Below are positions 47,442 to 59,175 of a DNA stretch of 64,000 bases, in pieces (the stretch's first letter is position 1; every line of letters starts with the position of its first letter). The notes under the pieces were generated by a model. That model did no database searches. It had not been told where the DNA came from and saw only the letters and a list, made by a program, of their open reading frames with translations. The stretch lies in assembly GCA_000708835.1 (NCBI GenBank), contig DF237360.1:1-64000 (forward strand), in the 5' to 3' direction. This DNA comes from Klebsormidium nitens (taxonomy: Eukaryota > Plantae > Klebsormidiophyceae). A program made the translations under genes and the position numbers.

Positions 47442-48320
47442 CGTTTTCTGACGTCGGTGCAGTATATAGCTTCACCAACTATTCCGCCTACGATGGACTT
47501 GTTTCAAAACACAGAAGAGAGTTTGCCGGCTGATAGGATAATCACAGCTTTCAGCCTCTGTTCTGGATAAACCTCCTGCCTGAGAACACACCGCAGGCTT
47601 CAGAGGTGGATTCGAGGTGAGAGATTGCCCGAGGTCACGATGAAAGGCGCTCTTGCTTTCAACAACTTCAAACTGCATGGCACTGCAGCATGAGGAAGAT
47701 GCGCCCACAATCCTCGTGAACTACCGTAGATTGAGCTGGAAATTAAAGTCAGCATGGAGTAGGTGACATGGGGTCATCCGCGCGCAGCTCGCGCACTATG
47801 CTCGTTTGTGCCGGGGCCGGCGCGTACGTCCGTTCAAGACCGGGCCGCCCTGGGCCTGGGCCTGAGGGTTGACGTCAGCGAGCTTGCAAGCATTCATTCA
47901 ATCATGGCGCCTGCCGTCTGCAATTTGCAGATCTGCAGCAGACTCTATAGAGTGCCCTGTCACTGTGTCCCCTCCCTGTCCCCTTCGAGAATTTGTTTTT
48001 GACGACGGTTGAAACTTGCCAGAGTCCTCTCTAGCTTCTGGGGAGGGCCGCCTTTCTTCATTAAACGTAATATCCTTTTTAAGAAGATTCCTTCTGCGAT
48101 CAGGGGAGCGGGCCTGCAGAATGGTGGATGATTCAGATTGATTTAAGAACCAGAGACAGAAACGGGCGGTAGGGACTCGAGGAGAAGGATCATTGTGTCG
48201 GAATCTTGCTAGTTGCACCTAGGAGCTCGCACGTAGGCAATGCAGGTTAAGCTTTGCTCTGATCTAGTGTGATCCATAAGCAAATCCAGGATTTGAGCTT
48301 GCTTCTTCGAAGCCAGCACA

Positions 48321-51300
48321 ATGGAGAGCAATTCGAAGCCCAAGGAGCCGGTAGTGGCATCAGTAGTGGCCATTACTGTAGGGTATGCTCTCACATCGAG
48401 TCTGCTATCAATCATAAACAAGTATGCCGTCAGCGTGTTTCCATTCCCCGGCCTCCTGGCCATGATTCAGTACCTGGTGTCGGTCCTTGCCGTGTACTTT
48501 CTTGGGAAGTTCAAGATCTTGGAGCACGACCCGCTACAGTGGGACAAGCTGAAGGCTTTTTTCCCTTCTGCGCTCGTCTTCTTCCTGGCGGTCTTCTCCA
48601 ACATGAAGGTCCTGCATTACGCTAATGTAAGCCCCTTTGCCGCCTCAAGATCTGCGGAATTGATTGGAATGTGATCAGAGGGTTCCTTCAAGTAACAAAG
48701 CGTTGGGGTTTGTAGGAAGCATTTAATTCGAAGGGATCACCTTTCAGGCCGATATGTGGATCCTGAAGAAATGTCAACTTATAAGTCAGCTGAATGAGCA
48801 TAAGTGCGCACCATGACTTTATTCACAACCCTAATTGAACTCTCATCTTGGTCAGCTCAGGATCTATTTACTGAGATCTCGATTATGATGCATAATGCAC
48901 CGATAGATCCCCATTCATCTGATTGCCTTGGACATTGGTGACCTATGAGTGAGCTCATGTCTCTTTCGTTTAAGGTTTCGTGTTCAGAACGAAGGCACCT
49001 CTTTACTTGAAAGCTTTCTGACTCACCTTCTGTCACTCCTCACTTTGCTGAAATATCAGACAGGAATGAAAACCCTGAATAATTGACAAACTAATTGTCT
49101 TGCCACAGATAGCCAAGCATGTGCAGTAAGAGTACAAGCAAATAAAACATTGGTCGACACCTGCGCTGCAGATCACTGCTCACTCTAACGCTGCCTGTAT
49201 CCCCACCTCACGAGCTCAATCTAGTCTTTGTTGCCACTCCCATAACGATCCTTTCTTTTGTTGTCACCCCATCAGATTTTCATTGGTGGGTCTTCGTGTC
49301 ACATCAAATCCATTTGCGTTTTTCCAGGTTGACACTTTCATCATCTTCCGGTCATCGACCCCGCTCCTAGTTGCTATCGCAGACTCGTTGTTCATGAAGC
49401 GGCCGTGGCCGTCAAATGCAACGTTTGTCTCCTTGGTTATCATCCTCCTGGGGGCTGTTGGGTGAGGTTAAGAACCTTTCAGCAGTGCTTGAGCTGAACA
49501 AGCAGTGGGACAAGGTGTAACCTTCCACTTTGAGATTTGCAGATTTCTGATCGGGCATGCTGCATAGAACAAAGTTTTCCTGTTCTTGGCACAGCAATGT
49601 ACCCATCATATAAGCAGGATTGATGCGATAACTCGAGTTTGGTTGGTTGGTTTTTCCGCAAGAACAAACCAGGTTGCTGGAATTGTGGAATTCCCACTCT
49701 TGAGAGGCCTATCCTAGTGGTTGGTACCTTTGATTTCTCGGCCTTTCTTTGCCCTTTTTACCCCAGTACTGCTCTGCGCTATCTAAGGAATCTGCTGGCA
49801 GTGTCCAAGACTGTGCTCAGTGAACGGGCCTGTCATCAAGCTTTAAAACTTCACCCCCGAGTGTTGGCTAGGCCAAAAGCACGAGCTGGTATGCTTTACA
49901 GCTCAGAAAGGACAGCTTGTCCGCTGATCTGGGAGGACCAAGGTCACTATTTCTGTAGAAAGCAGTAGGAATACAATCTTGGCTACTGTTACATCTAAGT
50001 TAGCTGCTCAGCACAGTACAATGACGTAAACATCAATGGGGAGGGTCAGCTGATCCAGTTCCCCTCTTCCCCGCAGGTATGTTGCAACCGACTTTGAGAT
50101 CAGTATCGCTGCTTACAGCTGGGTGAGTTTGTCCTTGACCATTCACAAACTGCTTGATTCCCGCTTGGTTCGCTTTTCGTACGGGACAGATCGGATTGCG
50201 CCCCTTGCTCTTGTTATCGGGTTAGAGTTTAGCAGGCTTGTGCTCGTGTCAGAATATGGTTTATTGAGCTGAATGGGCTGCTTGCAACAAGGTCCGATGG
50301 CACTGCACCAAAAACAACCAGACTCCAGCCTTTGAAAAAATCAAAACCGCACCCTCCTTTCAGTCCCAATCTGATCATCTAGACTGCCCCTTTTCGAAGC
50401 GATTCTGTCTGGTGGAACTGGGCTATGATTTGGTCTTGGAAGAGATTTTTGGTTGTCAGAATCCACGAGCTCAAAGTCATTGTTGGTTGTCCGAAATTTA
50501 CGAGCTCGGAAGCCTACCCCAAGACACAGCCGTTTGGAATATATCCGCGCACTAGAATCCTTCCTTGTCTCAAAATCGATCACCGTTGCTCATTGGATCG
50601 TCAAAATCGATCACCGTTTGCTCATTGGATCGTACTTACCAGCACCGTGAAGCAGAGAAAGAACGTGCTTAGCTCACAGACAGCTCCCATTTTTCAAAAT
50701 GCGATCTGGCAGCAGTCACCGATGAGAAAAGGTTTGCTCCTTTTTCGTTTGCCAAAGTATCGGGAATCCATAAGCATCGCGCAAAAACAATGTTGTCTGG
50801 CTACCAAATCACTTTTATCATGACTGATACAGTCCGTTACAAACACGTTTTGAGCACCAGTAGAGCTCCAGAGCCTGTTCGAGAACTCAATAGTGGCCGA
50901 TGCTAGGCTCTGCATGCTGAACCATCCTTTGTCAAATCATGGTTCTTCTTTGGCGACCTTTTTATGACCACCATCATGTCGACTTGGCCTCATCAACCAC
51001 ACTTCCTCCAATGGAAATGCACGCCGGGACTGAGTCCGCCACCATCAATGCTCGGGACTTAGAAGCGGGGTCTCGATCTTTCAACAGGCGACCTTCTATT
51101 TGATTACCATCACAACTGAGATGGTCTACATCAAGCACGTAGTGAGCACCATCGGGCTCAAGACGTGGGGCCTCGTCTACTACAACAACATTTTCGCGCT
51201 GCTCCTGTCCCCCATCTTCATCTTCATCACAGGAGAGGGCTTTGGAATTGCAGAGGTGAGGCTTCATTGTACCATTCCGCTCTCCATACTTCTGGGGGAT

Positions 51301-54300
51301 CTTCTCTCAAAAAGTGCAAGAGGAAGGAGAGGATCGCAGATGGTGCAGTGACACTACAAGCTTCTCCAACTTCGCTGTCTGCTGGTTTAGCCGTAACGAT
51401 TACGTCTCCTTTCAAAATGACTGCCACGCAACCCCTAGCTTCAGTACATAGCTGATTAAGGCGCTGACAGAGGCAGTTGTCGTAAGCAGTCGCTTCAGGT
51501 TTCAAGACGTCGTCGTTTTTCTTGGCCCTCGGCAACGAAGGGGCAACAAGGGAATCCGGCCTTGGCTAATCTGAGCTGCAAGAGTCTGTCAGGGACACCG
51601 ATTTCGTTCGTTTGTTTCGTTCTTCTCGACCATTCTCGTGCTGCAAGTATTCAGAGCATCTGTTAGCAGCTGCGGTCGGGGTGGAACATTCCTTTCCAGA
51701 TCTCCGTTTCTTTTAGCTAATTGCCTGCCTCCATAGGCAATTATCTCCTTCACCAGATATTACCCAGTATCTTTCATAAGCTGTGGGAGTTTCCGAGCTT
51801 CGCTGGCGGAGTTGTCGACGCCATGAAGCTGGTGAAAGAGTCATTGATCGGGATCTAGAAAACATGAGCAACTCCTGCGTACGTCTGATATCGGGCCCTC
51901 CTTTATGCAGTTGTTCCAACCGAGTACCTCCGAGCAAACGAATATGAGCGACCTGTCTGCAAGCATCCAGGTGAGCCTTACACGTACACTCGTGCAGAGA
52001 CGCACTTGCTTTTTCGCCGTGAAGATAACTCCACCCGTAGATCCTTCATCTCACGCCTATTCCGTGGTCTCGAACAAGACCCCCAGTGTGTTCCCCAGTG
52101 CCTCGGTCCGGACCGCCCTTTCCCAATGGAATGTGAATGAACAAGTTCTTACTCAATCCGTCAGTTGCTCGTCAATCTTCTGGCACTTCTTCTTGACGTC
52201 TTTTGTTCCGACGGGGCTGGCAGGATCTCCCCTCTTTCAATTCCTCATCGACGATGTCGATAATACTCAACTCCTACCATACGGATAGAAGACGCCAAGT
52301 GCCTGACGCTCTGTTCGTATGGCCCCGTCTTCCTTTCGTGCAATTGTCGACTGGCAGGAAGCTTGTCGATCCCCTGAATTGACGAAATATCTGATCCCCA
52401 TTTCCTACTATGCAGATGGAAGGTACCAAGTATTTGACGCTCGTGTCACATGGCCCTGTCTTCTTTACGTGCAATGTCCGACTGGCAAGAATTCTTGCTT
52501 ATACCGTAGATTAGCGAACTTCATACCCCCCGATCTCCTACTTTACAGATGAAAGGCGCCAATTATTGACACTCGCGTTGTAGGGCCCTGTCTTGTTCTC
52601 TTGCAATATCGAGCGGCAAAAATCCTGTCCTCAACCCTGCATCAAGGAGATATTAGACTTTCAATATCCTACTCTATACTTAAAGGAAGCCAAGTACCTG
52701 ACACTTGCATCATACGGCCCGCTCGTGCTCTCGTGCATCTGCATGCTGGCAGGACATTGTATTTCTCAGACTTTGATTCGACAAAACCTTAAATTTTCAA
52801 TCTCCTCTTTGCAGATGGAAGGCGCCAAGTACCTGACGCTCTCGTCGTACGGCTCGGTCGTGCTCTCGTGCATTGTCATGCTGCCAGAAAATCGTGTTCT
52901 TTAGACCCTAAATCGACAAATCCTGACATATCCAATCCTTTACTTGCAGATGGAAGGCGCCAAGTACCTCACTCTCGCGTCGTACGGCCCCGTCGTGCTC
53001 GCGTGCATCTGTGAACTGTCACAAACTTGTAATTCTTGAAGCCCAATTGACAGATTTCAAGACCCAATTTTCCTTGTGCAGATGGAGGGCGCCAAGTACC
53101 TGACGCTCGGGTCGTACGGCCCCGTCGTGCTCTCGTGCATCTTCGGGCTGGCCATCAGCTTCTTCGGCTTCTCGTGCCGCCAGGCGCTCTCCGCGACGTC
53201 GTTCACGGTGGTCGGGGTCACGAACAAGCTGCTGACGGTGCTCATCAACGTCACCGTGTGGAGCAAGCACGCGGGCACATTCGGGGTGTGCATGCTGCTC
53301 GTGTGCATCGGCGGGGGGGTGCTATACCAGGTACGGTATCGGTCTCGTAGGACTGCCAGAAATTTTCTTCTTTCCTCCCCCTGGGTTTGCACAATACTTG
53401 AGCAAGCAATGGCAAGGGGGTGCTATCTAGTCCGGTCCGAAATCAGAAGTCTAATTTTTGTCCTCCTTGGGGTTGCGCGATACGTGAGCACGCAAGCGCA
53501 TTCAGGTCTGCCTACCCAATACGTTCGCAAGAGGTCCGGTACTCTAACGAACCGAGTCGGCAGTGTCCTACTTCAATGTACAGTCAACCAGAGCTCTTCT
53601 CTCCATGCTGCACCAGTAGTTTTTGCCAAGGAGCTCCTCGACAAAAGTAGACATTGTAGCTCGAGAGCTGTATCAGATCATACGGCTTGGTTTAAGGCTG
53701 ACGCTCTTGGCAAGTCGTTAGAGCGCTTCGGCTGTCGACCAGGCGTCACTGAAAAGTCAACATCTCTGTTCCCGAGCACTTCGCCCCAGACCTTTGATAT
53801 GAATCTTGGGATGGAGCTTTGAGCAGTTCCAGAAACATCAATCCGTAAACATAATGTATTCCGTTGCTTTTGCTCTGCCGACCGGAGAATTGGTACCCGA
53901 CTCCTAATCGAACAAGGCGGCATTTGTATTTCCCAATCGGAAACAACATGTGTCTCGGCTTCGTTTCCGTCTTTTTGGTAGGGCCACCATAGGGTGTGCG
54001 CAATGGAGAGTCCGAAACCCGCACAATGTTGCGACTGTTTGCCAAATGCGTTCTGCAGCCGTGCAGATTCCGATCAACCGTTTTCGGATCCGGCTACTCG
54101 GATGAATCCGGTTCTGGTTTGGGTTCGCATTCGGGTTCGCAGTGTCCGAAATCTTCACGACTTCGCTACGTTTGCCGGATGCATTGCAGCCGTGCACGCG
54201 CAGAGGCCGGGAGCATGCACTCATCGTACGGCGCTTAATGGAAAGAAGCGAAATCCGGATTGTGCCAAAAAGTCGGCCCGAAACCTGCAAATTTTTACCG

Positions 54301-54712
54301 TTTGATTGCGAACCAAACGGTCATCTGTAGTTGGCGACGATTCTCACTGTTAGAGTAGAGCTTGTTGCAAGTAGTGTCTGAGCCCGTAATTTTTGAACGA
54401 GGCGAAACTTAGGAAAACTGGGAGACAGGTGAACGTAGATTATTACCATCCTAACACTGGCCGCCATGTTTGAACCATTCATGCTGTCTCCTTGTGCAGC
54501 AATCGATGACTCCTCCCAAGAAGTCGGAGACCCCTAAGCCGCCCAGAGGGGACGTTGAGGAAGCAGAGTCCACTTCGCTTCTCAAAGGGGCCTCCTCGAA
54601 AGGTGCGTCCGAACGTCCTCTTTTTCTCTTTTTCTACGTCGTCGAAAGGTGTGTCCGAACGTCCTCCTTTTCTGTTTTCTCGATTGGTGCACCGTCTACA
54701 AAAGCACGTTGA
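48321..54712 (+). CDS. Golgi nucleotide-sugar transporter, GONST3/GONST4 (GFT1, GDP-fucose) type; at least 7 exons
   Basis: Exons 48321-48626, 49328-49461, 50077-50122, 51088-51255, 51911-51970, 53082-53330, 54500 to 54602 or 54712 (3' end uncertain). Motifs: GYALTSSLLSIINKYA, NVDTFIIFRSSTPLLVAIAD, TEMVYIKHVV, WGLVYYNN, SCIFGLAISFFGF, SATSFTVVGVTNKLLTVLINV..W.KH. Confidence 0.92.
50571..50633. repeat. 31 bp direct tandem duplication in a transporter intron
   Basis: caaaatcgatcaccgt(t)tgctcattggatcgt occurs twice back to back. Confidence 0.85.
52270..53145 (+). repeat. 7 copies (~133 bp period) of acceptor + start of transporter exon 6
   Basis: Exon-start equivalents at 52285, 52416, 52549, ~52683, 52815, 52950 and 53082 (real: MEGAKYLTLGSYGPVVLSCI). 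Confidence 0.93.
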
Positions 54713-55959
54713 CACTTGGAAGTTACGTACTGACCACGAAAAGCAAGCCCGCTTATGCGGAATGCCGGAAAGTTGCCTGACGCCTGACGTCTTGGCCTAC
54801 GGCAAGAAAAGTGTAGCACCGCCCTCTTGGAAGGAATCAGACACGTGTCTCGCTGACGAAGTGATACGATTTGACACCCAGGTTGTATGTGGCTCTTACT
54901 TCGATGAACAAACTGCTTGTGTGTTCAAGTCCACTTTTGTAAGCGATTGCCTCCACTTGTTCCAGGGGGGGCCAGCTCCAGAGTGGAAGGGCGATAGAAG
55001 GGCGGCAAAGATATGCACTTCATGTACCTCAACACGGATTGTGTCCCGCAAGGAACTGTAAAGCCATCAGGTATGGTACGCTTTGTTGGTAACAGGTACA
55101 GCCTAGAAATTGGGTGGTTTCGTATAGAAGGGCGGACAAGGTGGATGCGTTGGACAATCGACTCGGTTGAGGAGTCAAGCGCCCTTTGTAGGACCTGTGT
55201 AGGAAACCGGATGGACGGTGATTTGACATACTTGGAAAAAAGCCGCGTCCAGGTTCTTACATCAACTTCTCTCGCAATTCGCTGTGGACATGGTTTCATT
55301 ACAGGATCCTACCGTTTTTCTCCTCCTTTCAAATGATGTTGATGTTTCGATCCGGAGTCAACATTGTTGAGGTTCTCAACGAATGTTTTCTTTACTGGGG
55401 TTGATCGGCACTGGTGAAAAAAGACCATCGGCTGTTGGCCGCCTGGTCCAAGCCCAAATGTAATTGCAACTTGCTGAGTATCATAACTGCATGGCAGCAT
55501 TGACATATTGAGAATACAATTAGTTTTACTTCCACTGGCTCGCTGTGTCAAACCGTTGGACTGTTGGCCGGACGGCCGCCCGGCGGGTACGGGCCGCCGC
55601 GGCCCATACCCGGGCCGGCCGGGCGTTGTTGCATATGCTGTTGCACTGCATGCGCCGCCGCGTATGACCCAGGACTCATTGACGAGATCTCATGATGTTT
55701 CATGACATTTGACTGGGCGGCCCGGGCAGATATGTACTGACGGTATATACGCCCATATATTGGCATGACTTTAGCTAGTATGATAAATGCAGGCGCGGCC
55801 GGTGCTTGAGCAAGCTATAATTAAGCCGATAAGTTCGTAGGATCAATGGATCATGCAGTGCGGATCGAGTATACGATCGAGCTTAAGTTAGATCTTATGG
55901 TTAAGTCGAGGAGCTCGCCATGTGCCAGCCAGCATGCGCACTGCGGGCAGCCATATGCC

Positions 55960-56016
55960 CATGGGAAAATTGCAGGCAGCTGCGGCAGCTGCCGGCCGGC
56001 CTGCAATTTTCCCATG
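55960..56016. other. Hairpin: perfect 18 bp inverted repeat with 21 nt loop in a convergent intergenic spacer
   Basis: CATGGGAAAATTGCAGGC (55960-55977) / GCCTGCAATTTTCCCATG (55999-56016). Confidence 0.85.
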
Positions 56017-56368
56017 CTCGATCTGAACTAGCTACTAGCTGCAAGTTCGATTCGACTAATCTTCGACCAATGATGCAATCTGGACTACGTGTAAAATGGC
56101 AGCTCACATTGTTGACACTTATAACTCATTAGAAATTGCCTGCTGAATTCAGTATGTGATCGAATTGTCTCGGCAGGTGCCTTTCCACATGCATAAAAGT
56201 GTACAAAATGATCGGACTTGTCCGATTCGTGTCGCCCATTTGGGTTTGTGTTTGCAATTGGCGTGCTCTTGCGTGTACATGACGGTTTGATAAGGAAGCA
56301 CGTATTCACTGGAACAAATCTCCGGTAATGGGCTCATATTGGCGCTTCATTTTGGACTCTCCCGACAG

Positions 56369-57667
56369 TCACCTCGGACGATCAAAAACTTTGTCACACC
56401 ATACCGAAATGTTGCCATCCGATGCCAGAGCATCAGTCGCTAGGTCCCAAGTCAACCCATCGCTTACTTCGATCTGAATCTCTATGTTTTCCCTACCTTG
56501 CCGGCTACGCTTGTACGATGCCGATCTCCTCTCATTATCCCTTCCTATAGGAGACGGCTTTCCCGGCAGCAAAGCTCCGTTTCTATCAGATGGTGGCGCG
56601 CAAATTGGCTTCTCAATCTTACTTGTCCATGGCCGCGATTCAACCATAGGGGCAGCAACAAGCTTGCTCACTATACGACGCGCTTCCTTCTGTGCTGCTT
56701 GCCTGCCGCCGATTATTGTCGATGGGGACACAATCCATGCATGAGCAGGCCCCTCTACATTCAAACACCCAGACCACCCTTTAGGAGCAACCAGACCAAG
56801 AAAAGCCGAGCTCTTGTGCGGCTGCTTTGCTGGCTGGAGGAAGTTAGAGCTCTGCCCTTGCTTTCTCCGTGGTGCTGCTGAGACACTCGAAACAAGATTG
56901 AGGGCGGGGCCCCGAAGCCAGAAACTCGAACCGCGACAAGCGGCGACACCGCCATGCAGACGCAGTGTCTGGCTTTCAGGGCTCCAAGTCTACACAGGTG
57001 CCACACAAAGCAGGTGACATCAAGTTAGAACCTGACCTGACACTAAGGTTATGCAAGGCTAGGCTCAGGTATCAGAAGTAGGCATGGAATATGTCACTGA
57101 TTTGCCTTCATTTCGAACATCTTGCTTGCCAAAGTGATGTCCAGAAAAAGGACTTGTCATGGTGGTCAAAAGCGAAAAGCTTCCAGCCATTCAAGGAGAG
57201 ACTATGCAACTAATCCAAGGTGGATTGGATTGGCTCTGCTCAGCAAGTCACACCCTCACCATCGCCTCGCCCCTCAGTTGCAGCCCCGACGCAAGGTCCT
57301 GCACATAGACCCGGCCCTCCACATCCACGTCCCCACCACTTTCTCGCACTGAAGCCTTTTCTGACATGAATCTGTAAGCGATTGCTCCTTTCATCAGGAT
57401 TTCTCCTACCAAGCCCAATGCCAAGCCGCCACTCAGATCCTGGCCATACTCAACAGACGCAGACCTAATATGCCAAGCCAGCCTGGTCGTCCCTTCCAAG
57501 TCGAGCTCGTAGTTTTGCCACACTACACCTTCAGAATAAAGCACTGGCTTCTCTGAATCCTTCGAATTGCGCGTCAGCTTTTCCTGCTCTGCTGTCGAGT
57601 TGACGTGGTGCGAGGAAGCAGGACCGTGGTTGCTCCTTGATCCAACTTGTCCCATATTTGCAGAGAA
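56369..57667 (-). CDS. Candidate LptC-like (cyanobacterial-type Lpt beta-jellyroll) protein; two exons resolved, N-terminus unresolved
   Basis: Exons 57667-57260 (or from ATG 57655) and 56989-56369 join in frame via GTGAGG...GTGTAG. Protein contains YELDLEGTTRLAWHIRSASVEYGQD...GEILMKGAIAYRFMSEKASVRESGGDVDVEGRVYVQDLASGLQLRGEAMTWSPESQTLRLHGGV and IQIEVSDGLTWDLATDALASDGNISV, an alternating beta-strand pattern resembling cyanobacterial LptC as I remember it. Family call is pattern recognition, not a search result. Confidence 0.55.
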
Positions 57668-58675
57668 CTATGTACAGAGTCAGGATAAGGCGGCTAGAGC
57701 ACCAAACAAATGGGAGCTTCAGCATTCCCAAGACGTGATTAAAGGTTCGTGAGTGATTGCCATGAGGGCAGTGCTCGCTTCAAGGTCAATGAAGGGCTTG
57801 ACAAGCTTGTCAGACAGAAGTGGAAGCAATGCCAGGAAGGGAGCTGGGCACTAGCTAGGAGGCCACTCGCCCGCCAAGTGACTGATTCAAGCCAATGCTG
57901 CAAATGCCTGCCGCCATCAATCCTCCACAAGCTCAGAACATTCATCCGTAGCCCGTCCTAGTCCCTTCGTATCAGCTATACAAGCTTCGGAGTTCTTTTG
58001 AACCATCATTCTCCTTGTGATCGTAGAGAAGTTTCTTGCAAAACCTAGAAAATGTGCAATAGTAGCGACCTATCGTGTTTCTAACTGTAATTTGTAAAGC
58101 GATTGCATCACGAAACAAGGGCAAGACCTGTGCGCGCTGATTGTCCTGTGCAAAGCTGCACAAACCTGGCCGTGAGCCCGTCCTTTCTAGCGGGACAACA
58201 GCTGCTCCTGATCTTCCAAGTAGAAACAAAGCATCTCTCCGAATCTACCGTACGAGCCCCAGAACCGAATCGGGTCCAGAAGTGGATCGAGCTGACCCAG
58301 AAGTGGATCAATTTGTTTGTTATCTTGTTCCAGTCTACGCCGATCGCCGATACCTATAGTCGTTTTGCATTTTATGACCAAAAACAAAGGTTTTCAGGGC
58401 TGCAAGGACCTCCTCTTGGCCAAATTTTAATCCGTTTGCAGCCCTAGATGAGGTTTAGAAAAAGAGGATATGCGGCGAAAACTGATCGCAAATTGGTTCA
58501 GATTTGATCACAGCATTGCAGATAAACGCTCAAAAAATAAGGTGAGCCGGTATAGGGTCCCGTACGGTAGGTACAAAACAGAAGCTGCCAACAAACAAAA
58601 CCATGCACTGATCAATCCATGAAAATGGTGAAGTTAAGCTTATAAGTGAAGCTTCTCTGGTACCTACCTACGTGC

Positions 58676-58705
58676 TGGACATTTGTGTTGCAACACAAAT
58701 GTCCA
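58676..58705. other. Perfect 30 bp palindrome in the divergent region upstream of SMC4
   Basis: TGGACATTTGTGTTG|CAACACAAATGTCCA, no loop. Confidence 0.95.
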
Positions 58706-59175
58706 TGGCACAGATTTGTCGCGGCGACCTTCGCAATAGAGGTCCGCTCAGGACAGTCGCTCCAATGGACAGCGATAAACCCAATCGGACGGTCAGTATC
58801 GCTCAGATGAGGTTTCGACTTCCCGCTGTTTTTTACGAACAAGAAAGAAGGGTGGCCAAATTTGTGCTTCTGCCAGTGCTGCTTCTGAGGACGCTTTTTC
58901 GATACGGCCAGCTATTCAGAAAGAGGAGAAGCTGGGGCGCTCACAACTGAATGCATTGGGCAAGCTGGGTGACGCTGGGTAACGGGCAATTGGAGGGATC
59001 GCCTGCGGAAGTTCTGGTCCTGAGTACCGTGCGATCAAGGAGGCGTGCACATCAACTCTTGTCAGGGGCCAGATTAGAGTCGCTCTGCTGCTGACCAGGC
59101 GTCTTGTTAAAAAAGAACTGCTGAAAGTTGGAGGAGCTCACTTGGTAAACTGTGGGTTCCTTCCATATAAGAAGT

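Noticed and set aside
52270-53145. 133 bp and similar arrays as CRISPR or as mutually exclusive exon clusters
   Set aside because: The repeated part is the start of the adjacent exon; the copies lack their own donors and run into stops, so they are not complete alternative exons.
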